Shown here one piece after another: positions 27,225-41,756 of a stretch of 64,000 bases of DNA. The DNA is taken from contig OZ024743.1 in the NCBI GenBank assembly GCA_964016885.1, positions 125,178,001 to 125,242,000 of the forward strand. Reading direction: 5' to 3'. How positions within the stretch are numbered: the stretch's first letter is position 1; the number at the start of each line of letters is the position of its first letter. Both the position numbers and the translations under genes were made by a program. The DNA comes from Eledone cirrhosa. Taxonomy: Eukaryota. The notes under the pieces were generated by a model, which worked only from the letters and a program-made list of their open reading frames with translations, did not search any database and was not told where the DNA came from.

Positions 27225-27629
27225 AAAAGACTCAGGACCCCGACGGCTGAGCTCCTGTCGTTTCGACAGCTAGGTCTGAACTAACGCGGTATTGTTAGGA
27301 CAGCAGTAGCCTGGCTGATCTTATCAAGAGGTAATTCTATATATGGGCATGCAATGAGAGCGTCGCAATAGTCAAGCAGTTCTCAAAGTTGTTTTTCAAT
27401 TATGGTGAGTGGTCAAATGTGGCAAAGCCGGCCATTGATCGCTCGTATACATGAAACTGACTGACCAGTCTGCTGATATGCAAATCTGGTTGATCAGTGG
27501 ATCTGCTAATATGCAGATCTGACTGATCAACCAGTCTGCTAATATGCAAATCAGGCCCATCAGTCACTGTATATTTTAGAAAATATCACATATTTTCACT
27601 AGCTCTGACAGTTGGCAGGTGAACAGTAA

Positions 27630-27675
27630 ACTGTACTGATGAAGGGTAATACCCAGAAACATTAGTGTCTGCAGT
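27630..27675 (+). ncRNA. Type I hammerhead motif
   Basis: ACTGTA-CTGATGA-AGGGTAATACCCA-GAAA-CATTAGTG-TC-TGCAGT. Stem I extends with AACAG/CTGTT. Confidence 0.75.
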
Positions 27676-27924
27676 TCTGTTTACATGCCAACAGAAGAGC
27701 AAGAATGAGGGACTCATTCTACTGACATGGCTTTAAAAATGAGGCTTGTTTGCATAATTGCAAACGAATCGAATATTATTATTAATATTCGAAAAACTCA
27801 GATTACTTATATATACTAGCAGAAAAACCGCTCGACGTGTGGTTTTCTACTAGCATATGTAGTGTGCATATTGGTTTTATACGCATATATATATGTACAT
27901 TGAAAAGTAAATGGACAATATCTT

Positions 27925-28560
27925 CTTCACCCACTTATTTCTGAGAGCGTCGTGGGGGCAGAGTCCTTCTCAAACACTCCTTCCAGCGAGTCTGTCAGTA
28001 GCAAACATCTGTAACTGATCCAGCTGGATCCCAGAGCGTGACCAGCTAAGCTCATGGATGTTATCTAACTATCTTGCTCAGGGTCTACCTCTGGCTCTCT
28101 TGCCGGTTGGTTTCGCTTGTAAAATGTGTCCAGCGATTCTTTACTGAGACATTCTATAATATCGGAGTTGTGATCTCTCAATTCGGAGAAGTAGCGGCTC
28201 TACCAGGAGTGACTCTCTGGTCTCTGAGCTATGCACTTTATCGAGTTACGTTACTCCAAAAACCCTTCGGAGGAATCCCATTTCTGCCGCTTTTATTTGC
28301 AATTGTATTCTTTTGGTCATTATTCAAGATTCATGATCCTCGGTAAGAGTTGGCAGGAATACCAGGAAGACAGCGAGTTTGGCTTTTACACCTACCCCCC
28401 TTCGTCTGATTGCTGAATGCTGAGGCTGGCGCATTACTGCATCAGTTTTTGCAATTCTTGCACTTAATTCAGCATCCTGCAGTCCATCACTCATGAACAC
28501 AGCTCCAAGATACTTGAACTTCCTCTAACTGCTTCAGTAGAACTCCATTCACATGTATAT
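27925..28560 (-). mobile_element. Degenerate RTE-clade LINE 3' fragment
   Basis: Minus strand reads RESLLVEPLLLRIERSQLRY...KPTGKRARGRP. Confidence 0.7.
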
Positions 28561-28759
28561 AAATTTGAGGGACTTCTGTCCACCCGTCCATTACGCAATG
28601 TGTATGTGTGTTTGCGTGAATGTATGTGCGTGTAAAAGGAAGGAAAGGGATACACACATATATATGTCTAACTTAAAAACAGTGATACACACGAGTCTCT
28701 AATTTAAGAACACCGACAAACTCGCATGTGCACATACACACACTGTCCTATTACCACTT

Positions 28760-29200
28760 AAAAGTTTTGGCCCGGGCAAACATCCCCTCAATTTTGGAAC
28801 CGTCTGAGTTGTCCCGAATTGATGGGAAAAGACTTGACGGTCTTACTCTGTGCTCCTGGTCAAGAGGCAGGTGCCTTATCTGGGACGTTACAGTTAGTGA
28901 CTCTTTTGCTTCTTCCCACATTACGGATGCAGAGGTAAGGACGAGAGCTACAGCATCCGCAGCTGAACGGAAAAAATCCTAAAATACCGTGTTCTGTCAG
29001 CAAACGACATTATCCAGCCTGTGGCGTTCGAACATTTGGGGGAGTCGGGCTACTGACAGCGAGATTCTTATCTTCACTGGCGGCTCGCTAAACAGAGGTA
29101 ACTGGTAATGCTCGTGAGGGCACTTGGTTGTTCCAGCACCTCAGCGTCGCCATCACCCCAGGTAACGCTGCGAGCGTGCTGGCCTGCCTAAAAAATTATT
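28760..29200 (+). mobile_element. Restriction-like endonuclease 3' end of a CRE-like non-LTR element
   Basis: LEPSELSRIDGKRLDGLT..W..GRCLIWDVTV...AAERKK..KY...PVAFE. Confidence 0.75.
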
Positions 29201-29373
29201 AGAGAGGTTTCCCAGTACTCCTCGCTATATTGCTATCTTTTGCTCTGGTAGCGGCTCGTTTTTCCACTCTTTCGCCTCCATTTTTTCTATGTGGTCTAAG
29301 ATGTGTGTATTACGTGCTTGCGTATTTTTCCCTTTCTTTTTTTCCTTACCCTTTCCTTTGTATATATTATATT

Positions 29374-29550
29374 GAATTGGCAGTATCGGTAGAGGGTCGG
29401 ACGCCATGCTTTCCAGCATAGTTACGTCCCTTTACGATATCAGTTCATATCCTACCGAGGCTAACTGTGTCTTTCATCCTTACGGGGTCGATAAAATAAA
29501 GTACCACTGGAATAATTGCTAGCCTTGTGCCAAAATTAGAAACAATTATA
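29374..29550 (+). mobile_element. tRNA-derived SINE
   Basis: Family consensus. Confidence 0.88.
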
Positions 29551-30129
29551 TTTGTTAGTGTTTTCGTTCTGTAACCATTATAGTAAATGAGTTTAAAAAA
29601 AAAAAAGTTAATAAATAAATAAAGAGTTAATGAATAAATAAAATGTTATACTTGTTTTACCCTCCCATTTCCAATTCACCGAATGATGCTATCATGACTG
29701 TATGTGTGTGTTTGTGTAAATGTATATGTGTGAATGTATGTTTGTGTGAAAGTATGTGTGAATGTATGTTTGTGTGAAAGTATGTGTGAATGTATGTGTA
29801 TTTGTGTGAATGTCCGTGAGCGTCTAATTTTATAAGTTTGTGTTTGCGCAATTATAGATATATACTCATAATAGATATATACTCATACATATAGATGTAT
29901 GTATGTGCACACTTATACGCGTCAGCGTGTAGAAAATCATAATATCTCTCTCTCATCACACACTCTCTCTTTCTATATATATGGTAGTTGAAGTGGTAGT
30001 GGTGGCAACGATATACCGGAAGTGTAGAAATGTGAATGAAACTTTGAAAAGAAGTTAATTTTAAATTATTAATGTTTACGAAATTTAGTACATAAATTAT
30101 GTAATATTCATTCATTATTTATTCAAAGT

Positions 30130-30318
30130 AGCGGTGGATTGGCAGTATCGGTGGAGGGTCGGACGCCATGCTTTCCAGCGTGTTACGTCCCTTTACGAAC
30201 TGAATTCAAATCCCGCCGAGGTTGACTTTGCCTTTCATCCTTACGGGGTCGATAACATAAAGTACCAGTAATGCACTGGGTAATTGCTGGCCTTGTGCCT
30301 AAAGTAGAAACAATTATT
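30130..30318 (+). mobile_element. tRNA-derived SINE with TSD-like TTATTCAAAGTA flanks
   Basis: Family consensus. ATTATTTATTCAAAGTA occurs before and after the copy. Confidence 0.92.
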
Positions 30319-30419
30319 TATTCAAAGTATTACAACTTATTTTACTAACTGGATTAAAAGAAATAAACCGTACGCAGTCCCGCAGTGCTTACTATATTAT
30401 ATATATATATAAATATATA

Positions 30420-30460
<41 letters not shown>

Positions 30461-30461
30461 G

Positions 30462-30569
<108 letters not shown>

Positions 30570-30801
30570 AAAGAGAAAACACAGGTAAACATTAAGAGAA
30601 TGATTTTATCCAGGTATTTACGACCGTTTCATTGGTAAGTGCAACCTCATGTTGCTATACTGCAAATAGCAGCCACTCAATTATAATTTTCAAAATAGTG
30701 AGTAAGTTACTCTTGAAATATATGGGCCACATTTCTCGTGGTAGAATACGAGAGCTTCACAGTGTTGAAGATCTTGTGGTATCTTGTGGTATCTATGTAT
30801 G

Positions 30802-30856
<55 letters not shown>

Positions 30857-30883
30857 ATATATATATATGTATATATATATATG

Positions 30884-31000
<117 letters not shown>

Positions 31001-31011
31001 GTATATATATG

Positions 31012-31062
<51 letters not shown>

Positions 31063-31141
31063 GTATATATATATATGTATATATATGTATGTATATATAT
31101 ATATGTATGTATATATATATATATGTATGTATATATATATA

Positions 31142-31189
<48 letters not shown>

Positions 31190-31456
31190 GTATTTTCCGT
31201 AGTGTTGTAATACGAATATTACACACAGTAGATGGACAGCTCACGTAGGGTTTGCTCGACGGTTCCAGTTGTAGTTTCAAAAGTAATCCGGAGAAAATAG
31301 GATTTAAATGGATACAGTTCAGTAAAAGGAATTTATTGACACGTGTTTCAATAACAGTTATATAACCTGAAAACAGCTGCTATCTACAAAGTATTAATTA
31401 TGCAGACACGTGTCAATAAGTTCCTTTTACTGAACTGTATCCATTTAAATCCTTCT
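31190..31456. repeat. Fold-back unit, arms about 31299-31350 / 31407-31453
   Basis: AGGATTTAAATGGATACAGTTCAGTAAAAGGAA..TTATTGACACGTGT and its reverse complement, between TA tracts. Confidence 0.85.
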
Positions 31457-31591
31457 ATATGTATATATATATATATATACATATATATACATATATGTAT
31501 ATATATGTATATATATGTATGTATATATATATATGTATATATATGTATATATATGTGTATATATATATATATATATATGTGTGTATATGAT

Positions 31592-32013
31592 TAATAAAGC
31601 CAAAACAATGCAGGTATGGACATAGAATAAAGAATGTAAATGCAAAAGATATTGTTGACAATTAGTCTTTTACCTTAGATTTATTTAAATGTCCTTAATT
31701 TTCGAGATAGTATCTCTTATTCAGAGTGAAGTAAAGCGGTTAAACCAGTGTTCTAAGTAGCTTGCCAAGTTGACTTGGCAAGCTATTTAGAACACTGGTT
31801 TAACCGCTTTACTTCCCTCCGAAGAAGAGATATTATCTCGAAAATTAAGGACATTTAAATAAATCTAAGGTAAAAGACTAATTGTCAACAATATCTTTTG
31901 CATTTACATTCTTTATTCTATGCCCATACCTGCATTGTTTTGGCTTTATTATACATATACAAACGTTTATACCTCATTATTGCACAATGCTTCAAGTGAA
32001 CTATAACTTCCTC

Positions 32014-32018
<5 letters not shown>
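31592..32018. mobile_element. Fold-back pLTR unit, arms 31592-31770 / 31773-31951, tail to 32018
   Basis: About 180-bp palindrome with a 2-nt spacer. It contains a hammerhead-like CCT-CCGAAGA-AGAGATATTATCTC-GAAA-AT-TA-AGG. Confidence 0.88.
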
Positions 32019-32109
<91 letters not shown>

Positions 32110-32111
<2 letters not shown>

Positions 32112-32237
32112 TTGCGTGTGTGTTTAATGTTTGGTGTGTGTGTGTTCGCGTTTGAGTGTATGTGTTTTTGTTTTTGTATTCTATCTTCGTTCACTAGTGT
32201 GTGTTTATATGTGTTTGTTGTTATTGTACTTGTGAAT

Positions 32238-32294
<57 letters not shown>

Positions 32295-34484
32295 TATATC
32301 TCCCTTAGGTCAGTATTGTTTATTTGGGTATGGTTGTTGTTGTTATTCTATTCGTTCTGACTACCCACCGATATATCTGGTATGATGTCAATAGACAGCA
32401 TGCCGAACTACATCAAGCCTATGCAACCCCCCATCATCAACACGAGTGAAACAACACAACAAACATATGAGGGGAGAGAAAAAATCCTCAACGCTCACAT
32501 GATGATGTGGACCGACATCCTAAAGTCAAGTAGACGTAGAGCCAACAACTTCCAAGCGTCCAACAACGACATACCACGCTTGCATGGGCTCCGCAACGAC
32601 TATAAGACAAACAGCGACCCGATGATAGGACCACCAATAAGACCTTAATGCGGAGCCAATATTGCTAGCAACTATAGGATCTCCTACCTCCTCTCTATGG
32701 TTATTCGCCCCATAATTAAGATGTCTCCAGATATATGTGACAGCACAAAGGACCTCCTCACCAGAATCAATGAATGCAGCAACAACAAAAACCTAACTAA
32801 CTGCATAATAGGCAGTATGGATGTAGTATCTCTGTACCCATCCATTACATTGATTTTTCTGTAGAAAAATGTGTGGAAATAATCAGTGAGAGCGAAGTAG
32901 TGTCCTACGACGTCGACACAGATGAACTGGGCCTCCTACTTAGACTTACTTATGACACCGACTATCTAGATCATTAGCTGTTTCTGCCCCAATAGACCTA
33001 TAAGAGGTAGACCCCCACCATAACCTCTATGGTTAAAAAGACTCCCATAGGAAGATGGAATGGATGGACTAAAACCATACAGACACCCCAAAACAACGAT
33101 CAGGTGAGAAAAATGGTCGCACATGCAATAGGGGCTAGTATTAAAACTACCCTAAAGGACCATATGTTTAAAGTTAACGAAAATATCTCCACCCAGAATG
33201 AGGGAGCAGCTACTGGCGTCAGCATAGCTGGCGGTGTGGCCATTCTATTTATGGTATGGTGGGAGAGGAGACTCAGAGAACTCCTAGAAGACAACTCCAT
33301 AGCCCACGCCATGTACTCTCGTTACGTAGACGATATTAATATCATTATAAGAACACTCCACAAGAGAGTACTAATAAACATGAATTAGAAAATAGCACAA
33401 TCGAGAGCATCCAGAGTATAACTGTAACCATTGACTACCCTTCCAATCACCCTAACATTTGACTACCAGTATTAGACACGGAACTCTGGATAAACACTAT
33501 AGACGAGAGGGCCCAAATTCTCCATTCACACTATGCTAAACCCATGACCTCCAAATACCTGATACTCAAAAACTCAGCAATGTCCATTAGTGCTAAGTTT
33601 AATATTCTGATCGCAGACTTGGTAAGAGTGACGAAGAATGTATCCCGCATGTGCGACCCAACTGAAATTGAAAGACACATCCAACACTTCATCAATTGCA
33701 TGCAGTTCTCTGGTTACAACCAAAGAGACAGAATCAGAGTATACAAAATACCCACGAAGAAATATATGACCCTCATAGAAATGGACATGAAAGGAATTTG
33801 CCCATTATACAGGAGCAAATCATGGAATAGCTTAGATAGGACTAAACATAAGATAGGGAAAGCCACTTCATGGTACGACAACCAGAGATACCAGAGTGTT
33901 ATGTTCATGGATGCTACTCCTAGAGGGAAATTAGCTAAGCAATGTAGAAAGACCCTAAGAAAGATCTATCTAAAGATTAAAGTGGTAGAAAAGCCAAGAA
34001 CTACCATAAAATCCCTGATCATCAAGACATACCCCTTTAAGAAAACCCACTGCACGAATAAGAAATATGTTATATGTAGAATGAACCCCCAGATAAATTG
34101 TAAAACTAGAAATGTAGTCTATAGCATAAGATGTACAGCGGGTACTTGCAGAAACATGACAACGACATACATAGGTGAGACAGCTCGAAGCATAGGAGAA
34201 AGAATAGACAACACTAGGGTGGGGGGGGGGGGGCTAAAAGGACAAAAAGCGGTTCAGTACTACATGCGCACACCAGACAAAGACATGACGGTAATATAGG
34301 CAACATAGAAATTAAAATAATATCTAAGGATAGAAATGACTCAGCAGGTAGTCAAATCAGAGAAGCAACTAAGATAGAGTTAAGAAGACCAAAGCTAAAC
34401 AGAAAGAACGAATGGAATAACAACAACAACCATACCCAAATAAACAATACTGACTTAAGGGAAATATAAATAAATAATAAATAA

Positions 34485-34515
<31 letters not shown>

Positions 34516-34781
34516 AGTACAATAACAACAAACACATATAAACACACATTAGTAAACAAAGATAGAATACAAAAACAAAAACATATACACTCAAACAAGA
34601 ATACACACACCAAACATTAAACACACACGCAAACGTATGCGCAGAGACAGAGACAAGAATAAATAAATAAATAAATAAATAAATAAAATAAAAATGGCGT
34701 AGGATTTACAATACAACGAGAGGAAACATAATAGTACCACTGATGATGTCGCAGATGTGGGACGAAAGAACTATGATAGAC

Positions 34782-34816
<35 letters not shown>

Positions 34817-34950
34817 TTTTAACCGTTGGTTAATCAATGATCAACATTGAGTGCCAAATAAATTAACTATGGAGATATAAAAGATACAGAGGCGAAAACC
34901 AACCCAAACCAAACAGTGAGTGTGTTCTGTTATTATTTCTGGCAATATAG
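32110..34950 (+). mobile_element. Degenerate 5'-truncated Penelope-like element with an inverted 5' repeat (32110-32357 mirrors 34406-34633)
   Basis: RT motifs GSMDVVSLYPSI, GAATG and YSRYVDD. GIY-YIG NCKTRNVVYSIRC..TYIGETARS. Hammerhead in the 3' repeat. Confidence 0.92.
33544..34299 (+). pseudogene. PLE thumb/linker plus GIY-YIG endonuclease fragment
   Basis: VVYSIRC...YIGETARSIGER. Confidence 0.88.
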
Positions 34951-35170
34951 GGCGGTGGATTGGCAGTATCGGTAGCGGGCCGGACGCCATGCTTTGCAGA
35001 ATAGAGTTACGGCCCTTTATGATCTGAATTCAAATCCCGCCGAGGTTAACTTTGCCTTTCATCCTTACGGGGTCGATAAAATAAAGTACCAGTCACGCAC
35101 TGGGGTCGATTTAATCGACTTTCCCCTCCTCCAAAATTGCTGGCCTTGTGCTTATATAAGAAACAATTAT
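34950..35170 (+). mobile_element. tRNA-derived SINE (long variant)
   Basis: Family consensus. TTATTTCTGGCAATA flanks are duplicated (TSD). Confidence 0.92.
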
Positions 35171-35297
35171 TTCTGGCAATATCATAACAATATGACCCTC
35201 GGCAAGTATAACAATATATATATATATATAGAGAGAGAGAGGGGGGGGGGGGCAGAGAGAAAGAGAGAGAGAGAAAGAAAATATATGCGTATGTGAA

Positions 35298-35415
35298 GAC
35301 GCGTGGCTGAGTAATTAGAGAATTGGATTCGCAATCGTGAGGTTGTGATTTCGATTCTCGGACCAGGCGATGCGTTATGTTGTTGAGCAAGACACTTTAT
35401 TTCACGTTGCTCCTT
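35298..35415 (+). mobile_element. Second tRNA-derived SINE family, head fragment
   Basis: GCGTGGCTGAGT A-box, TTCGATTC B-box, then TTGAGCAAGACACTTTATTTCAC. Confidence 0.65.
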
Positions 35416-35538
35416 CTGCCTGAATTTACGACCGACAGGTCGTACTATCAATTGGAAAGACCAATAGAAACATTGTTTCCTCGGTCTGATTTAACGAACT
35501 ACACCCCACTCGTTAAGCGATTTAGGTCTGGGATCTTG

Positions 35539-35600
<62 letters not shown>

Positions 35601-36012
35601 AAAGTTCTATTTAAATTGTTGGGATACAACAAGCGAATATTTTTATAACTGATATAAAGCACTCAACAAGTATTTGGAGTAAACATACGATATTAACAAA
35701 TGGAAACTATATTTATAAAACCATATTTATTTCATTATACATATTTCAAGAGGACACCAAGTTAAATCAAACAAAATATAATATAGATCAGTTTTATAAA
35801 TAAATATTGACATGCCTTTAAAAAATGCAACCATTACGGAACCAGATGGAACATAACGCACCAGAGTACTCAATACTTAGGGTAGTAGAGTGGGTAATAG
35901 GAAAAAGTATGACTCCGACGGCAGAGCTGAAGCTTTTGAAAGTTTATTATAAATATTATTGAAAGTTTATTATAAAGAAGCAGTATCAGGAAAAACAATA
36001 GAAATATGCACT

Positions 36013-36616
36013 CTCACTCTTAGTACGGCTGATACCGCTGATACTTAAATATAAGTATGTATACAGACGTACAGTAGTATGTATATATATATACATACAT
36101 GCACACATTTATACATGTACGTATGGGTTTACCGAACATTTATTATAATGTTCGGTTTGTTAGTAAACAAACAGCCCGAATTAAGCCGTACAGTGTTCGG
36201 CAACCATCGTCGCCCTTTTGTTCAACACTGACAAAGGAACGATGAACTAGTTTCAAGCTTATTAGCTATCGTCAGCATCGTATACCTTCCTGTCAGATGA
36301 TTGAACGTTTGAAAGTATATACTTTCCTTATGCATATTAACGGCTGAGCAGCCTAATTTGCATATCGAGTGAGTTAGTCGGCCGGGCGTACCGAAAACAA
36401 TAAATGGAAAAGAATGAAATGAAATTTCATTTCTCACTCTTAGTACGGCTTATACTTAAAAATAAGTATATATACATACATATATGTATACAGACGTACA
36501 GTAGTATGTATATATATACATACATGCACACATATATACATGTACGTATGGGTTTACCGAACATTTATTATAATTTTCGGTTTGTTCGTAAAGAAACAGC
36601 CCGAATTAAGCCGAAT
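36013..36616 (-). mobile_element. Non-coding partial-tandem hammerhead element (retrozyme/pLTR-like), period about 420 bp
   Basis: 36015-36188 is repeated at 36433-36613. Same family as 55260-55935. Confidence 0.8.
36239..36281 (-). ncRNA. Minimal type I hammerhead
   Basis: ACGATG-CTGACGA-TAGCTAATAAGCTT-GAAA-CTAG-TT-CATCGT. Confidence 0.8.
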
Positions 36617-36628
36617 TATATATATATA

Positions 36629-36706
<78 letters not shown>

Positions 36707-36737
36707 TATATATATATATATAATATATATATATAAT

Positions 36738-36769
<32 letters not shown>

Positions 36770-36806
36770 ATATATATAATATATATATATATATATATAA
36801 TATATA

Positions 36807-36934
<128 letters not shown>

Positions 36935-36935
36935 A

Positions 36936-37047
<112 letters not shown>

Positions 37048-37652
37048 TTAAAAAATAGATCAAGAAACCAGGACTATCCGTCATCAGTGATCTTCTGGCT
37101 ATCATCGGTATTTCTTCGCATTAAAGACCAGATACCTCAAGCCAGCGCGAACAATAACTAAAATAAGTTATTGGGATAAAAAGAATTGGGTGGATAAAGA
37201 GAGACATGTAAACAAACAAAAATGGTAAGGCAACGTAAAGAGGGGAAAATGAGAAAACAAGTCAGTGATACATGTGAACTTAAGTTCTAGCAAATCATTG
37301 ACGAGAAGACGAAGGACGCGTCCGAACCCTGCGAAATGTAAGCGAGAAAAGGATTTCACACAGGTCAGACGGGATGAAGTGAGAGAGGAGGAGTAGCAGA
37401 GAGTGAGTGAGTGAAAGTGTGAGGAAGAAGCCAGCTGAGAGAGGGTGACCAGAAGAGAGGGTGAATTAAAGTAAGAGGTACAAGGATAGAGAAGGGGGAG
37501 AGAGAAAGAGGATACTAGTAAGGGAATAGAAAAAGACAGGTCACAGCGAGGGGAAAAAATATAAGAATGAAAAATGGCGTGCTGCGTTGTTGCGAATGTG
37601 ATACATATGAATTAGAAAATAGAGCATATATATATATATATATAATTATATA

Positions 37653-37726
<74 letters not shown>

Positions 37727-37733
<7 letters not shown>

Positions 37734-38332
37734 GAGCGGAGCAAGCAATTATCAAACAATTCTCTAAATAAATTAAAAAACGATTTAAATAATCACCTGT
37801 TCTATTGCTGTTACCGACGGTTTCACCAATCCAAAGATTGGAAATCCAGAGAATTTCCAATGGAAAGAATTAGATCTTCAGACAGCTTATTTCCATACTA
37901 TAAGGTTGCTAATCTCACAGTAAGTCAATATTTCGCTTCCTGCCTAACGCATGCAGTCAGGCCGTTAAAATGACACACACGCAAAATCAGGTCGCAAGTA
38001 AGAGCTGTTTTATTATAAACTTGTTGATAATGCCACTAAAACCAGCAGCACTATACAACGTTTTGTTCTCTCCATAAGGGTATGGATATTTAAACAGGCA
38101 CTAGGTACCTATAGAAATATGCAAGGTGTTTATAATAGTTGTGGTTCGATGGTATTAATTTGAGATACCAGAACATATAAAAATGAGCAGAGCAAGCAAT
38201 TATCAAACAATTCTCTAAATAAATTAAAAAACGATTTAAATAATCACCTGGTACCATCGAACCACAACTATTATAAACACCTTGCATATTTCTATAGGTA
38301 CCTAGTGCCTGTTGAAATATCCATACCCTTTT
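37727..38332 (-). mobile_element. pLTR-like unit with a direct repeat (37729-37799 / 38180-38250) and an inverted repeat (38076-38154 / 38252-38330)
   Basis: Both repeats are read directly from the sequence. TA-flanked and contains a hammerhead. Confidence 0.82.
37807..37886 (-). ncRNA. Type I hammerhead with a long stem II
   Basis: GCTGT-CTGAAGA-[long stem with TTGGAAAT/ATTTCCAA]-GAAA-CCGTCGG-TA-ACAGC. Confidence 0.78.
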
Positions 38333-38335
38333 ATT

Positions 38336-38420
<85 letters not shown>

Positions 38421-39716
38421 TATATATAAATTTATTCAAAATATTAACAAATGAAGATATTCACATAATCAAAATATATGCATTATTATATATATTTCGA
38501 AGGTAGTGTGTGTTTTTTCTTTCAGTACGTCCTCGTCAGATAAAATATATGATTTGATATATGACATACCTCTACGGTCTTGATATTTCAATTCCAGTAT
38601 TGGCAGTGATTTATTTCATCAAATCTCAATATTTATATACCACAAATAATAATATGATAAACTTAAAGAAGAAATGGACGTGGAGCGATTTAGAGATATA
38701 AGAGGAGATGCAAGAAAAAAAAAAATACATATATGAATATTTAAATGAATAAATAGATGGGTGAATAGAGGAAGAAATATATATAAAAAAGAAGAAAAAG
38801 AAGAAAGAAGAAATAACGACAAAAGAAATTAGGGGGGGGGGGGGGGTAAAAAACCGTTGTTTTCAAATATTAGGTCAATTAAGGCAGCCAATCAATTACC
38901 ATAAACCATTGAATATCTCTAGTATTTGGTTATGGTTAAGCTAATTATACTTATATAATATATCAAAATTAATCAATATACATTTTTCATAGCCGCCACA
39001 TATTTATTTAATTAAAAATTTATATAATTTAATTTAACTCATTATAGATTTTAATTTCTGGTTTAGGTAATATATTCCATAAGTATTTTGTTACAACTTT
39101 TTAAAAAATTATCTTTAAAGCATATTTGAATAATTATTAAACATGTATTAAAATATATATTAAAATACATGCATATATCCCTTTTATAAAATCGTTTCAA
39201 ATCTTTAATTATCATATAATTACAGGATTAAATTTTAGTTATATGTACTCTCAAAAGTTTTATTTCGTTAATTTGTATTTACTTCAGTAATTACAATTTA
39301 TTACAGTTTCCTTTTAAAGAAATTCTTATATTATTCAACTATATAATTTATGTAAAAAACGTCTTCACAAACCAAAGTATCGTCTTCCTGTTTTCCTTCG
39401 GTTGCAACGTTTTTCGAAATATTTATTTCTGCGTTCACAGATTGATTTTTTTAGTTTCAGAAGATCCTGTTAAGGGTGAAAGCAGCGATTCTTTGCTTAA
39501 ACTTCAATCTGTTATTTTAATATATATATATATAATTATATATTTGTGTACAGATATTTTTGCATACACAAAAACAAAATATAAACAAACGTATTTATTT
39601 CACGAAAGCACAGACGGCTTATCGTCATTGTTACTGCCGATATGCCACCCAAAAAGTCCCAGCCTGGCCGCAAGATCAAATTTTCCAGATGAAAAAATGT
39701 TACTAGAGCAACAGAG

Positions 39717-39917
39717 AGACTAAGCTTCGCGATTACCATCAACAAAGCTGAAGGTCAAACCCTAAAAGTGGTTGGCCTTCATCTGGGAAAACCATGCTTC
39801 TCCCATGGTCAATTGTATGTAGGATGCTCTAGGGTGAGCTCGCCAAACAATCTCTTCATCTTTGCTCCCGAGGGCCGAACAAAAAATATTGTATACTCCG
39901 AGGCTCTAACAATGTAA
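39717..39917 (+). pseudogene. Helitron (Pif1-family) helicase C-terminal fragment
   Basis: RLSFAITINKAEGQTLKVVGLHL..PCFSHGQLYVGCSRV...TKNIVYSEAL*. Confidence 0.88.
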
Positions 39918-39951
39918 TTTATGTATTTTCTGTTACTTAGAATGTTACATT

Positions 39952-40225
39952 ATGGTTGTACAAATTATTGTTAAGTTTGTTAAAAAATGTGTTCTCTGTT
40001 CAGCCTTTATTGTTGTAACTATCAATTTTCTTTAACGTACTGGCTGCTGAACTGGGGACTCCTAAAAACTATTCAAACCCAACATCAGAGCACGTTAGCC
40101 ACCCCCCCACCCCCACCCCTCGCTGACTTGAGAGGACGTGCGGTATCTTTGCACTGGGGTGAAGGGGGGGATTCCTGAAAAGATAGAATACTGGTATACC
40201 TAGCTGGGCGCCAGCCGGACGGGCC

Positions 40226-40263
<38 letters not shown>

Positions 40264-41414
40264 GAAAATAGAGAAATTAATGTGAGCAAGAAGCCAACAG
40301 TATTTTATAATATATAAGTGACTATAACGTCAAGATGGAAAATATTTAACGTAAGATATGGGAAAATAATTCAAACTCAATTCAAAAAAAGTCAAGACAG
40401 AAATTTTATCCACAGATTTTGTGAAATCTGTGGATAAAATGAAACACATGCCAAGTGTAATATCCATGCAAACCAATCGCGACATTAGGATCATTTCTAT
40501 AATTCTTCTCTGTATAGCGGCCTCTCTCTCTCTCTCTCTCTACCTCTCTCTCTCTGCTCTCCCTTTGTGTCTCCCTCTCTTTAGATGTGCGTGCATGTGT
40601 GTGTGTGCGCGCGTGCGCGCGCGTGTGTGTTCGTTATGTCAGTCATCACAGAAATAAATGTATACTCACACACACATACACTCTCACATACACTCACGTG
40701 TCAGTCAGCACATATGTATGTGTATGTGTAGATGTATATGGGTGTTTAATTCTCTGGCTGGCATGCCAAAAGGAATGAACAAACAAATTAAGATCTGCAA
40801 GAGAAGACACGGTCCAGTGGCTGAAGTGAGAAGCCAGAGCGTGGTAATGTTTTGTAGTTACATATTGGAATAAAGTTTGCGGAGCAAAAGCAAATGGCTG
40901 TTTACCTTAGCAAGGTCAAGCTGCAAGAGAATTAGTTTATTAAAAAGAGGCGGGAATTTCTCCATTTGGGCAGAAGTTGAGATACATATCCTTCTAATTT
41001 CTAATTAAATTATAATTTTATATATATATGCTTTTAAATTCCCTTTCTGGCATACTTTAGCAGTGTTTTTTGGTTATCGTGTTTGAGCTCTACTGATGAA
41101 CGGTTCCAACCGTGACTAACCCCACTGAAAAGTTTCGTGAAATAGTCTTTTTAAGATTATATAGAGCATTTGTAGTTTTTCCAAATTGAAGGATAAGTAT
41201 TTAACCTTAATTTTATTCTGAGTTAAGACTCTATTGGTTTTTTTCCCTGGATTTCACAAAATCTGTGGATAAAATTTCTGTCTTGACTTTTTTTGAATTG
41301 AGTTTGAATTATTTTCCAATATCTTACGTTAAATATTTTCCATCTTGACGTTATAGTCACTTATATATTATAAAATACTGTTGGCTTCTTGCTCACATTA
41401 ATTTCTCTATTTTC

Positions 41415-41472
<58 letters not shown>

Positions 41473-41756
41473 CTGGCCCGTCCGGCTGGCGCCCAGCTAG
41501 GTATACCAGTATTCTATCTTTTCAGGAATCCCCCGCCTCACCCCAGTGCAAAGATACCGCACGTCCTCTCAAGTCAGCGAGGGGTGAGGGGCTAACGTGC
41601 TCTGATGTTGGGTTTGAATAGTTTTTAGGAGTCCCCAGTTCAGCAGCCAGTACGTTAAAGAAAATTGATAGTTACAACAATAAAGGCTGAACAGAGAACA
41701 CATTTTTTAACAAACTTAACAATAATTTGTACAAGCCATTTTTCTTACCCCCTGTC

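Noticed and set aside
37057-37092. Minus-strand hammerhead AGATCA-CTGATGA...TGATCT
   Set aside because: Stems I and II are present but the GAAA core is absent, so it is at best a dead relic. The same applies to weak motifs near 26398, 38520, 47740 and 58740.
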